Sequence record: SRR31156797_6884
Reading direction: 5' to 3' (one strand)
Length of the DNA: 31,351 nt
Both the position numbers and the translations under genes were made by a program. Positions within the stretch are counted from its first letter, which is position 1; each line of letters starts with the position of its first letter. A model generated the notes under the pieces. It was not told the DNA's origin. It searched no databases and saw only the letters and a list, made by a program, of their open reading frames with translations. Shown here piece after piece: positions 1-8,864 of this stretch.

Positions 1-2067
1 TTGCACCTACGTCAAATACTGGATGCACCGGGCGTGAATGCTAACGTAATGCCTGGATACGAGTTCTTACTAGGAAATTCACACAAAGCGTTTGATGAAA
101 ATGGTCAATTGAATAACGAAGGCACTATCGACTTTTTAGAAGTTTGTTTCTTAAGGTTCATGCGTTTTGCCAAGATTTCAAATCAATTGAATGAAGAAGA
201 AGAATTTTCATTCACTCCGGGAACCTATGAAGTTCACGCCCTCGGTCACGGTGGTGCGTTACCAATGAAAGTGGCTTTCAGCGAAAATAAAATCGAAAGC
301 ATTGATATCGACACAGCCGGAGAGACAGAAGGTCTTGCTGATGTTGTATTCGTACGTATCCCAGACAAGATTATTGAAGGTCAAACCCTGAATGTGGATG
401 CTCTATCAGGTGCTTCTGAAACCAGTAATGCGGTTCTTGACGGCGTTGCGAAAGCCGTAAAACTGGCTGGAGTAAACCCTGACATCTTAAGAAAACGACC
501 AAAACCAGCCAGTAGCTTAAACAAGGGGGACGAAGAGTTCACTTGTGATGTGGTTGTGATTGGCGGCGGTGGCGCTGGCTTAAGTGCTGCAGCAACAGTT
601 CTACAACAAGGCAAAAGTGCAATTGTTGTAGAGAAATACCCTGCCGTCGGTGGTAACACCATTCGTTCTGGTGGACCTATCAATGCAGCGAACCCAGAAT
701 GGCAACACACTTTCGATGAGAACCCTGGTGAAAGACTGACACTTGAGGCGTTAACCAATACCGATGAAAGTGACGTTCACCCAGAGTATTTGGCTGACTT
801 CCGTGCGCTTAGAGACGAGTTCGCCACCTATCAGGCTGAATTTGGAGAAGAGAAAGGCTACCTATTTGATTCACCACTGCTACACCGTATGCAAACGTAC
901 TTTGGTGGTAAACGTACCGACCTTGAAGGTAAGGACATTTACGGACAATACGACTTGGTGAAAATCCTGACCGATCGCGCATTAGAGAGCGTGAAATGGT
1001 TGGAGGATATCGGTGTTGAATACGACAAAGAAGCCGTTTGTGCTCCTGTTGGTGCACTATGGCGTCGTGGTCACAAACCAATTAAAAGATACGGTACCGC
1101 TTTTATTCTTGCTCTAAGTGAATATATTGAAAAATTGAACGGCACGATCATTACCGATAGTCCAGCTAGAGAGTTCCTTATTGAAGATGGTGAAATCAAA
1201 GGAATTATCGCAACGGGTGTGAACGGCCAGAAAATTACCATTCATGCGAAAGCTGTGGTTCTAGCAAGTGGCGGTTTTGGTGCGAACACCAAGATGCTAC
1301 AGCAGTACAATACGTACTGGAGCAACATTGCTGACGATATCAACACAACCAACTCTAGCGCGATGACCGGCGACGGTATTGTGCTTGGTCAATCTGTCGG
1401 TGCAAGTTTAACCGGTATGGGCTTCTCTCAAATGATGCCTGTCGCAGATCCTATTACAGGTGAACTCTTCAGTGGTGTTATTGTTCCGCCAGAAAACTTT
1501 GTCATAGTGAACACACAAGGTAAACGTTTCATCAATGAGTTCGCAGGTCGTGATGTATTGACAAAAGCTGCATTGGCGGAAGGTGGTCTCTTCTATCTAA
1601 TTGCTGATGATGAGATCAAAAAACAAGCGGTGAATACCAGCCAAGAGAAATTGGATCGACAAGTTGAAGCAGGCACACTATTTAGAGCCGACACGCTTGA
1701 AGAACTGGCATTAAAAGTGGGAATGGATCCTGCGGTACTGGTCGACACAGTTAACAAGTACAACAGCTATGTAGAAGCAGGATATGATCCTGAGTTCCAT
1801 AAAGATACCTTTAGTCTTAAGGTAGAGAAAGCGCCATTCTATGCCACACCAAGACATCCAGCTACTCACCATACAATGGGTGGTTTGAAGATCGACACTG
1901 CAACACGCGTTCTGGATGAAAAGAATCAGCCTATCAAGAACCTATACGCAGCGGGTGAAGTCGCCGGTGGTATCCACGCTGGTAACCGCCTCGGTGGTAA
2001 CGCACTGACCGATATCTTTACTTTCGGTCGCATTGCAGGACAAACGGCTATCGAAGAGATGAACTAA
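1..2067 (+). CDS. Cytoplasmic multi-flavin oxidoreductase (end of FMN_red domain + FMN_bind + FAD_binding_2; flavocytochrome c/UrdA/CrdB-like), 5' end outside window
   Basis: [18 protein letters not shown] resembles the end of an FMN reductase domain; flavinylation motif DALSGAS; Rossmann motif [31 protein letters not shown] and GNRLGGNAL motifs of the fumarate-reductase flavoprotein family. Frame is open from base 1. Confidence 0.9.
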   Translation: MHLRQILDAPGVNANVMPGYEFLLGNSHKAFDENGQLNNEGTIDFLEVCFLRFMRFAKISNQLNEEEEFSFTPGTYEVHALGHGGALPMKVAFSENKIESIDIDTAGETEGLADVVFVRIPDKIIEGQTLNVDALSGASETSNAVLDGVAKAVKLAGVNPDILRKRPKPASSLNKGDEEFTCDVVVIGGGGAGLSAAATVLQQGKSAIVVEKYPAVGGNTIRSGGPINAANPEWQHTFDENPGERLTLEALTNTDESDVHPEYLADFRALRDEFATYQAEFGEEKGYLFDSPLLHRMQTYFGGKRTDLEGKDIYGQYDLVKILTDRALESVKWLEDIGVEYDKEAVCAPVGALWRRGHKPIKRYGTAFILALSEYIEKLNGTIITDSPAREFLIEDGEIKGIIATGVNGQKITIHAKAVVLASGGFGANTKMLQQYNTYWSNIADDINTTNSSAMTGDGIVLGQSVGASLTGMGFSQMMPVADPITGELFSGVIVPPENFVIVNTQGKRFINEFAGRDVLTKAALAEGGLFYLIADDEIKKQAVNTSQEKLDRQVEAGTLFRADTLEELALKVGMDPAVLVDTVNKYNSYVEAGYDPEFHKDTFSLKVEKAPFYATPRHPATHHTMGGLKIDTATRVLDEKNQPIKNLYAAGEVAGGIHAGNRLGGNALTDIFTFGRIAGQTAIEEMN

Positions 2068-2093
2068 GCACTCTCATTCAAGTACCCCCCTAT

Positions 2094-2131
2094 CCCAGCG
2101 CCGTTAATAATTCGTTATTTTCGGCGTTGGG
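2094..2131 (+). terminator. GC-rich hairpin after the reductase gene
   Basis: CCCAGCGCCG...CGGCGTTGGG inverted repeat just after the stop; no U-tract. Confidence 0.45.
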
Positions 2132-2172
2132 AACCTCTTGAAACAGAAAGTGCAAATCATCGGATTACATTG

Positions 2173-2204
2173 AGGCTACCCTTTTTCAGGGTTAGCCTTT
2201 TTTT
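2173..2204 (+). terminator. Rho-independent terminator
   Basis: AGGCTA-CCCT / AGGG-TTAGCCT stem followed by a T-run. Confidence 0.75.
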
Positions 2205-2378
2205 GCAACTGAACCCCCGTAACGCGACATATCCGGAAAAGAGTACAAACTGATTTATTCTAATTACAATGCCTACTACGTAGTTATGAGCGTTTATAAC
2301 AAGCACGAATGGACAGAAACTTATGTAGGTTGGTATTAGTGCTTGTGTTAGATTAACTAGCGGAAATTAATCCACCTA

Positions 2379-2394
2379 TAACGATCAATCGTTA
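2379..2394. promoter_or_regulatory. Palindromic operator candidate upstream of the ABC transporter
   Basis: TAACGAT-CA-ATCGTTA perfect 7-2-7 inverted repeat overlapping a TATAAC -10-like hexamer (2377-2382). Confidence 0.45.
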
Positions 2395-2432
2395 ACTCAC
2401 CATCAACATCCACAAAGGTTTATGAGCAACTC

Positions 2433-4196
2433 ATGAGCAGTAAAAACAATAAAAACCTGAGCATTCTTCTGCAACTGCGCACCTTTGTTTTACCTTATAA
2501 ATGGCGGGTTGCCGCCGCCTTAGCGGCATTAATAATCACAGCCAGTCTGACGCTGTCAGTTGGCTATGGGGTTAGAATTCTTATCGATCAAGGCTTTGCT
2601 CAGCAATCTCAGCAGGACCTAACCAGTGCAATTCAATTCATTGTCGGCATTACTTTGTGCATTGCTATTGGCACTTTCTTTCGCTTTTATCTGGTTTCAT
2701 CGGTAGGCGAACGGGTCAGCGCTGATATTCGTCTTGCGGTGTTTAACCATGTCATCTCACTCCACCCGAGCTATTTTGAAACCAACAGCAGCGGCGATAT
2801 TATGTCTCGCCTCACCACCGATACCACTCTGCTTCAAAGCATTATTGGTTCGTCGTTCTCTATGGCGATGCGCAGCGCGCTAATGTGCGTTGGTGCCATC
2901 ATTATGTTATTTGCCACCAACTTTAAACTGACGCTGATTGTACTGGCCTCCGTCCCTTTTGTTTTGGTTCCTATTTTGGTTTATGGGCGAAGAGTAAGAG
3001 CCCTTTCACGCCAAAGCCAAGACTCAATGGCTGATGTCGGGACCTATGCTGGGGAAGCGATAGAGCACATCAAAACCGTCCAAAGCTTTACCTCAGAGCA
3101 ATATGAAAAAGGTGCTTTTGCCGGAGAAGTTGAGAAAGCTTATGAAGTTGGCAAGCAACGAGTCAAACAGCGCGCAATTTTAATATCGGGCGTCATTGTG
3201 ATTGTATTTAGCGCTATTGCAGGCATGCTTTGGGTTGGTGGCAGCGATGTTATCCAAGGTAAAATGTCTGCGGGAAGTCTGGGGGCATTTGTGTTTTACG
3301 CCATTATGGTTGCGTCATCCACGGCAACCATATCCGAAGTGCTCGGTGAATTACAAAGAGCAGCGGGTGCAACCGAACGACTGATAGAGATTCTGCAAGT
3401 TGAAAGTGATATAAGCGCGCCCGTTAATCCGTTGCCAATATTGGATTCAATACCGGCAGAAGTCGCCTTTCAATCGGTTAACTTCAATTACCCTTCCCGC
3501 CCCAATCAAGCTGCGATCAGTCAGTTAAACCTGACCGCAGAAGAAGGTAAAGTTCTCGCGCTGGTTGGTCCATCCGGGGCTGGCAAAACGACCCTATTTG
3601 AGCTGTTACAACGCTTTTACGACCCACAACAAGGGCAAGTCCTGTTTGGCGGAGAAGATGTGCGTCATTTTGATCCTCGCGAGCTTCGCAGCCAGATGGC
3701 ACTTGTACCTCAGCAACCGGCTTTATTTAGCCACGACGTCTTGCATAACATTCGTTACGGCAATCCAAATGCGACTGACGAACAAGTTATCGAGGCTGCT
3801 AAAAAAGCCCATGCCCATGAGTTTATTGAAAAGCTTCCGGAAGGTTACCGTAGTTTCTTGGGAGAACGAGGGGTCAGACTTTCTGGTGGGCAAAAACAGC
3901 GTATCGCGATCGCCCGTGCAATTCTTAAAGATCCCAAAATTCTGCTGCTTGATGAAGCAACCAGTGCACTGGACAGCGAGAGCGAACACTATGTCCAGCA
4001 AGCGCTTGAAGAGTTGATGAAGGGCCGAACGACACTGATTATTGCGCACCGGTTATCGACCATTCAACATGCCGATAAGATTGCAGTATTAGACGGCGGA
4101 CAATTGGTCGACATCGGGAATCATCAATCATTGATGCAAAGCTGCGAACTCTACCAAAGGCTGGTAGCATTGCAGTTTAAACATATTGCACACTAA
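2433..4196 (+). CDS. ABC half-transporter, fused permease/ATPase (MsbA-related family)
   Basis: Hydrophobic N-terminal TM domain; Walker A GPSGAGKT, Q-loop VPQQP, signature LSGGQKQR, Walker B LLLDEATSALD, H-loop IAHRL. Confidence 0.93.
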   Translation: MSSKNNKNLSILLQLRTFVLPYKWRVAAALAALIITASLTLSVGYGVRILIDQGFAQQSQQDLTSAIQFIVGITLCIAIGTFFRFYLVSSVGERVSADIRLAVFNHVISLHPSYFETNSSGDIMSRLTTDTTLLQSIIGSSFSMAMRSALMCVGAIIMLFATNFKLTLIVLASVPFVLVPILVYGRRVRALSRQSQDSMADVGTYAGEAIEHIKTVQSFTSEQYEKGAFAGEVEKAYEVGKQRVKQRAILISGVIVIVFSAIAGMLWVGGSDVIQGKMSAGSLGAFVFYAIMVASSTATISEVLGELQRAAGATERLIEILQVESDISAPVNPLPILDSIPAEVAFQSVNFNYPSRPNQAAISQLNLTAEEGKVLALVGPSGAGKTTLFELLQRFYDPQQGQVLFGGEDVRHFDPRELRSQMALVPQQPALFSHDVLHNIRYGNPNATDEQVIEAAKKAHAHEFIEKLPEGYRSFLGERGVRLSGGQKQRIAIARAILKDPKILLLDEATSALDSESEHYVQQALEELMKGRTTLIIAHRLSTIQHADKIAVLDGGQLVDIGNHQSLMQSCELYQRLVALQFKHIAH

Positions 4197-4310
4197 CGAG
4201 TTGCCCCGTACTTGTGCGAGTATCATCATGGTAAAGGAAATATCACCTCCTTTCCTTTTCTACCGCTTTCAATGATACTCTTGCACAATATTGTCTAGTT
4301 GGAAAACGTC

Positions 4311-4928
4311 ATGCTTCAAGCAAACTCCGTAGTTGTACTCGACTTCGAAACCACAGGCCTCTCTCCTAATCTTGGTGATCGCGCAATTGAAATCGGTGCG
4401 GTTAAGTTAGTCGATGGTCAAGTGGTAGACAGCTTTCAACAACTCATGAACCCTGGCTTTAGGGTCAGTTCGTTCATCGAAAGTTATACTGGCATCACCA
4501 ATAACATGTTACGTACCGCCCCAAGCTGCGATGAAGTCATGGCTGCTTTTAGCGAATTCATTGCTGATGAAAACCTTATTGCTCACAACGCTTCGTTTGA
4601 TAAGCGGTTTCTGGACGCAGAGCTGGAAAGAATCGATCGCGGTTATTCAGGCGAGTTCGCTTGTTCGCTGCTGGTTGCAAGACGCCTAATCCAAGAAGCA
4701 CCATCGCACAAACTCGGCGAGCTGGTGCGCTACAGAAATATCGACAATGACGGTGTTTTCCACCGAGCTTTAGCGGATGCTCAAATGACCGCCAAACTTT
4801 GGCTGCAAATGGTTGACGATTTAGAGCAACTAGGAATTACCAAGCCGAGTTTTCAATTTATGCAGACCGTTGGTAAAACTGCAAAAGGGAAAGTGAACCA
4901 GCTACTGGCTAACAGTCGTATTATGTAA
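4311..4928 (+). CDS. DEDDh 3'-5' exonuclease (DnaQ/Pol III epsilon-like)
   Basis: ExoI LDFETTG, ExoII HNASFD, ExoIII HRALADA; ATG at 4311 preceded by GGA (TTG at 4299 is an alternative start). Confidence 0.9.
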   Translation: MLQANSVVVLDFETTGLSPNLGDRAIEIGAVKLVDGQVVDSFQQLMNPGFRVSSFIESYTGITNNMLRTAPSCDEVMAAFSEFIADENLIAHNASFDKRFLDAELERIDRGYSGEFACSLLVARRLIQEAPSHKLGELVRYRNIDNDGVFHRALADAQMTAKLWLQMVDDLEQLGITKPSFQFMQTVGKTAKGKVNQLLANSRIM

Positions 4929-4949
4929 ATGATTTGCTCGCTACGCACG

Positions 4950-5396
4950 TCAGTTTGTTGGGTTGTACTGCATCAAATACTCAAATTCATTTTCACCAAC
5001 GTTTACAAAACCTAACCTAGAATACAAATGTTGAGCCGGGTTCGTTTTTAAAACGCTCAGCCCTACCGTGCTGCCTGAAGTATTCGCTTTGTCTATCAAA
5101 CCAGAAATCAGAGCACTCGCTATTTTTTGGTTTTGATAGTCTGGGTGGATTTGAATCTGCACTAGATACCATTGGTTAGAATGCTCGTTAAACTTCGCTT
5201 TGAACAACCCCACAGAAGCCCCATTAACTTCAATAATTTTCGCCTGCTCAAATTCGTAGTCTATTCGGCTTAAATACGCTTCTTTCGTTGTAGGCATACC
5301 ACACGCTTTCAGGTACTTACCCATCGTGATGTGGCGCAAGTTAATCAAAAAATCAATATCTGAATCTACTGCTTTTCTCAATGAATATTCCACCAT
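4950..5396 (-). CDS. GNAT family N-acetyltransferase
   Basis: Motif A-like IQIHPDYQNQKIAS and motif B NPAQHLYSRLGF; ATG at 5396 preceded by GGAGGA. Confidence 0.88.
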   Translation of the reverse strand: MVEYSLRKAVDSDIDFLINLRHITMGKYLKACGMPTTKEAYLSRIDYEFEQAKIIEVNGASVGLFKAKFNEHSNQWYLVQIQIHPDYQNQKIASALISGLIDKANTSGSTVGLSVLKTNPAQHLYSRLGFVNVGENEFEYLMQYNPTN

Positions 5397-5717
5397 TCCT
5401 CCGTATAAACTTAACGACACCGTATTGTTTCAGTTCAATATAAACACTGGGTATCATGAGCGGATACTGATAACGCATTATATACAGCGGCAATATAGCT
5501 GTAAGCGATACCGTAACCGGTTGAAGTACTACGATTTAGAAAGCTACACTCCGCTAACAACGATCAGTCTCCTGTAGGGTATGAAATTTCTATAAGAAGA
5601 GTATTCTTCTGGAGTTAACTTGAACAAGGGATAGCATCTCAATCTAAACTTGCAAGTATTTCTGTTAAGCGTTATATGTTTGAATACTAATTTAACTTTG
5701 TAAAACGAGACCTCGAT

Positions 5718-6848
5718 ATGCTTGACAAGGGAAATGATAGACCTCGTTTGAACGTGACTCTCAACAAGGGAAGAGAGCATGCTAAAATCCCTGAATTCCC
5801 AAAAGATATTGATAACGACTCTCTAATCGACTTCTTGAAATTATCGACAGAATACTCCGCAGACGAAGTGTTCTGGATAAAGTCTGATTCAACCGTCATT
5901 TACGTTAATCAGTCAGCATGCTTAAAACTTGACTATCTGTATCACGAACTTGTTGGAATGAAGGTGTGTGAATGGGATCCCCTATTTCCTCAAGAGGTTT
6001 GGCCAACCTTTTGGAAAGAGCTTAAAAACTCGGAACGCGTCGATTTCGAGACTCAGCACAGAACTAAAGATGGTGTCATTTTCCCAGTACACATTAGAGG
6101 TCACTATATAGACTTACACAACAAGGAATTACTGTTTACCTATGTAACAGATATAACCAGAGAAAAAGCTCATGAAGCTAAATTAGAAAGTTACAATACA
6201 ACTCTAGAAAAAGAAGTATCCAAAAAAACACGCCAACTTCAATTAGAAAAAAATGCAGTGCAGAAGCATGCTCAGAACTTAGAGTGCCTCATAAAGAAAC
6301 TCAATCAAACAGTGGAAGAGAACAAACATTTGCAACAGCAACTCTTTATTGAAGCCCATACTGATGCATTAACAGGCTTGTACAATAGACGTCATTTAGA
6401 CGAGGCTTGTGTAAAGGAAGTCTCCAGAGCTGATAGATATAACACCGATTTAAGTGCCATTATGATTGATATTGACCACTTCAAACGTATTAATGACATG
6501 TTAGGTCATCAAGTCGGTGATGAGGTATTAAAAGAGCTAGCCAAACTGTTATCTGAAAGAGTGAGAGAATCTGATGTTTTAGCACGATGGGGGGGAGAGG
6601 AGTTTGTCATTCTACTTCCAAATACGGCTACTCAGGAATGTCAAAAGATAGCTGAAGAGCTGAGAGCACTGATTGCCAATCACGAGTTTAGTGCTGTTAG
6701 TCAAATAAATGTAAGCATCGGTACGACCAAACATAATATTGGCGAGTCTAATACCATGCTGATTCACAATGCAGACTTGGCACTATATCAAGCTAAGAGC
6801 AAAGGTCGAAATCGGGTAGAAACGTATGCTTATGGTTTAGATAAATAA
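5718..6848 (+). CDS. PAS - coiled-coil - GGDEF diguanylate cyclase (start uncertain, see findings)
   Basis: PAS (IYVNQSAC...HRTKDGVIFPV); TDALTGLYNRR; DIDHFKRIND; active site RWGGEEF; intact RxxD I-site (RESD); ADLALYQAK. Confidence 0.92.
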   Translation: MLDKGNDRPRLNVTLNKGREHAKIPEFPKDIDNDSLIDFLKLSTEYSADEVFWIKSDSTVIYVNQSACLKLDYLYHELVGMKVCEWDPLFPQEVWPTFWKELKNSERVDFETQHRTKDGVIFPVHIRGHYIDLHNKELLFTYVTDITREKAHEAKLESYNTTLEKEVSKKTRQLQLEKNAVQKHAQNLECLIKKLNQTVEENKHLQQQLFIEAHTDALTGLYNRRHLDEACVKEVSRADRYNTDLSAIMIDIDHFKRINDMLGHQVGDEVLKELAKLLSERVRESDVLARWGGEEFVILLPNTATQECQKIAEELRALIANHEFSAVSQINVSIGTTKHNIGESNTMLIHNADLALYQAKSKGRNRVETYAYGLDK

Positions 6849-6912
6849 ATTAGAGTTGCACTCGTGCACAACCCATTTCTATATTAATCAATAAATTAGG
6901 TAAACATGATCT

Positions 6913-7173
6913 TTATTTGAGAGGATCGTTGTCTGGTAATACATTATATATCCATAGTGCCAGTCTGTGTTTAATGTTTGCACCGTCAAGCTTGCTGTCA
7001 GGTAATGGCGTGATTTGCTTGGCATCAACTAAAAATAAATAAATCGCTTTTACTCTTACGGGTTGTGGTGACTGAGGGAGATCAAAACCTTGCAGCTTTG
7101 CCATCTTCCCACCTATCTCAAGCGCCTTCTTAACCAGTTTGTCTTCATTTTTAAGCATGGATTTCTGTGACAT
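6913..7173 (-). CDS. Small conserved hypothetical protein, DUF5062-like
   Basis: 86 aa; KNEDKLVKKALEIG...IYLFLVDAKQITPLP...IKHRLALW resembles DUF5062; GAGG SD upstream. Confidence 0.7.
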   Translation of the reverse strand: MSQKSMLKNEDKLVKKALEIGGKMAKLQGFDLPQSPQPVRVKAIYLFLVDAKQITPLPDSKLDGANIKHRLALWIYNVLPDNDPLK

Positions 7174-7538
7174 TTATAAAGGCCTCTTGTTAATTTCAAC
7201 TAAGAATACATGAAGTGCCGCTAATAGCGTGGTAATAAACTCTCATATTGATAAATTAAGGCTACAACATTTAGCAAACGGTTAAAAATAATACGAAACA
7301 ATACCATAGGGGCTAAAATTAATTCGAGCTACGAAAAGAAACATAAAATCGTGATGTTAACGGAAATGATCGATAATTGGTCAATTTGCGCTCAACAGGA
7401 AAGATACGTCCTATTTAAAAGTCAGACTTTTCCCATAACAAACTTACAAAAGTGACAGTGAACAGTGGCGATGGATAAAATACCAGCAGAAATTAACGCT
7501 GATAGCTTTTTAAAAATTACCTATAAGGAAACTTAAGT

Positions 7539-7844
7539 GTGAATATCGCTGAAATTGTCATGCTCACGAGCCTTACGTGGGGAACTGTTATCATTGGTGT
7601 ACTCACGTTGCGTGGAATGAAAGAAAGTAAGTTGAGCGACAAGTACAACCAGAAGTTAGAGCTGAGTTTATCGATGGCGAATAGAGCTAATAGGAACATA
7701 GAAAGCCATGATTCGCTTTTGACTGCGACCAACGTTGTGTCCATGAGCGATTTCCTTGCCAGAAAAAATGCTAAACAACCGGAGTCAACGCAAAAGTTAC
7801 ACGGCAAAGAAACCAGAATTATCTATCCCCTTAAGAAACTCTAA
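7539..7844 (+). CDS. Hypothetical protein with one N-terminal transmembrane helix
   Basis: TAAGGA SD before GTG; hydrophobic residues about 5-24; followed by a terminator hairpin. Confidence 0.65.
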   Translation: MNIAEIVMLTSLTWGTVIIGVLTLRGMKESKLSDKYNQKLELSLSMANRANRNIESHDSLLTATNVVSMSDFLARKNAKQPESTQKLHGKETRIIYPLKKL

Positions 7845-7847
7845 TCC

Positions 7848-7882
7848 AAACCACCAGACAAGGACTAAGCTCTGGTGGTTTT
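7848..7882. terminator. Probable bidirectional terminator between convergent genes
   Basis: AAACCACCAGA...TCTGGTGGTTT inverted repeat with A/T tails. Confidence 0.65.
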
Positions 7883-7909
7883 CCATTTCAAGTAGGAACT
7901 CGTGGTTTG

Positions 7910-8704
7910 TTACTCGCCCATCAGTTCTAACGCATAATCTCTAAGCACTCTGGCATTATCTGCATAATCTTGGTGTCCACAGGCAATGCCGTCATAACTA
8001 ATATCTGGCGATGAGTAAAAAGGATGCATTTCTTCCGCATAAGCCATGATGGTGCCTTTTCCGCCACAAATATAACCATATGAATATGCTTTGATTTTAC
8101 TGGCTAGGTTTAACGGCACTCGATTTGAAAGGTCAAATGGCATCCCTTTGGTTTGCTCAGATAACGTATGTATATCATGATTTGCCCATGCTAAATGACC
8201 TAACTCATGCTCTAAAGTGCCATCTTGGCATGTCAGCCCGATGGTAAAAAATTGAGGATATGCTGACTTATAAGTTTGACCGCACCAATCCGTTGTAAAT
8301 TGTGAGATGTGACTTTTGAAAACGAGACCGTAAAGTGCTGTTCTACTACTATTGATCCGCTTAAGTTCATCAGGATAGTAATACTCCAGAAAACCGTGTA
8401 CTACGCCTAACTTTTCGGCTTCCTCTCCCAGAATTTCAGACGCATAGATAATTTTATCTAACGTTCTCTGCATAGGAACACACGAGTTTTTCAACGCGCG
8501 ATTAGAAAATGTTATCCAACGTTGAATATGACCTTCGATGACATATGGGTCATAATGCGTTTTGACCGAATTAGAGATAAAGAAAGTAATAGGCGTTGAT
8601 ACGGTACGGGACATTTGGCAGTTCGGTAACTCAATGTTCTCGGCTGATGACTGCCAACTTACCCCCAAAAGTAACACTAAAGTAAATACTTGTTTCACTA
8701 GCAA
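7910..8704 (-). CDS. Secreted zinc metallopeptidase, metzincin (reprolysin/M12B-like)
   Basis: Signal peptide ending SSA-E; zinc motif HELGHLAWANH; Met-turn GTIMAY; several Cys; AGGAG SD before TTG. Confidence 0.78.
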   Translation of the reverse strand: MLVKQVFTLVLLLGVSWQSSAENIELPNCQMSRTVSTPITFFISNSVKTHYDPYVIEGHIQRWITFSNRALKNSCVPMQRTLDKIIYASEILGEEAEKLGVVHGFLEYYYPDELKRINSSRTALYGLVFKSHISQFTTDWCGQTYKSAYPQFFTIGLTCQDGTLEHELGHLAWANHDIHTLSEQTKGMPFDLSNRVPLNLASKIKAYSYGYICGGKGTIMAYAEEMHPFYSSPDISYDGIACGHQDYADNARVLRDYALELMGE

Positions 8705-8722
8705 TACTGACTCCTAACTAAT

Positions 8723-8790
8723 GGTTAACGCGATACTAAGCGGTGTGAGCCTTATACAGACAGGCTCATATTAACTAAACACATTAGAAA
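8723..8790 (-). repeat. Degenerate attC (Vibrio VXR-like) 3' end upstream of the metallopeptidase
   Basis: Minus strand GCTCACACCGCTTA-GTATCGC-GTTAACC keeps the CTTA-N7-GTT spacing of Vibrio cassette repeat ends; comparison made from memory. Confidence 0.35.
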
Positions 8791-8829
8791 GAAGTTCAAC
8801 AGCGGTTCCATTCATAACTGCGTATCGCT

Positions 8830-8864
8830 CGCTACTTTTCCTAACTTGAATAAGAAAAGTAGCG
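8830..8864. terminator. Hairpin downstream of the PtsJ-like gene
   Basis: CGCTACTTTTC...GAAAAGTAGCG perfect 11-bp stem. Confidence 0.5.

Noticed and set aside
5326..5899. Short ORFs 5326-5577, 5544-5780 and 5687-5899
   Set aside because: They overlap confident genes or promoter DNA and have no SD or motifs.
7273..7317. AGCAAAC...CCATAGGGGCTAAA resembles parts of a c-di-GMP-I (GEMM) riboswitch near a cyclase gene
   Set aside because: No GAAA-capped P2 stem, GACGCAAA is not conserved and no P1 pairing was found; an Rfam cmsearch would settle it.
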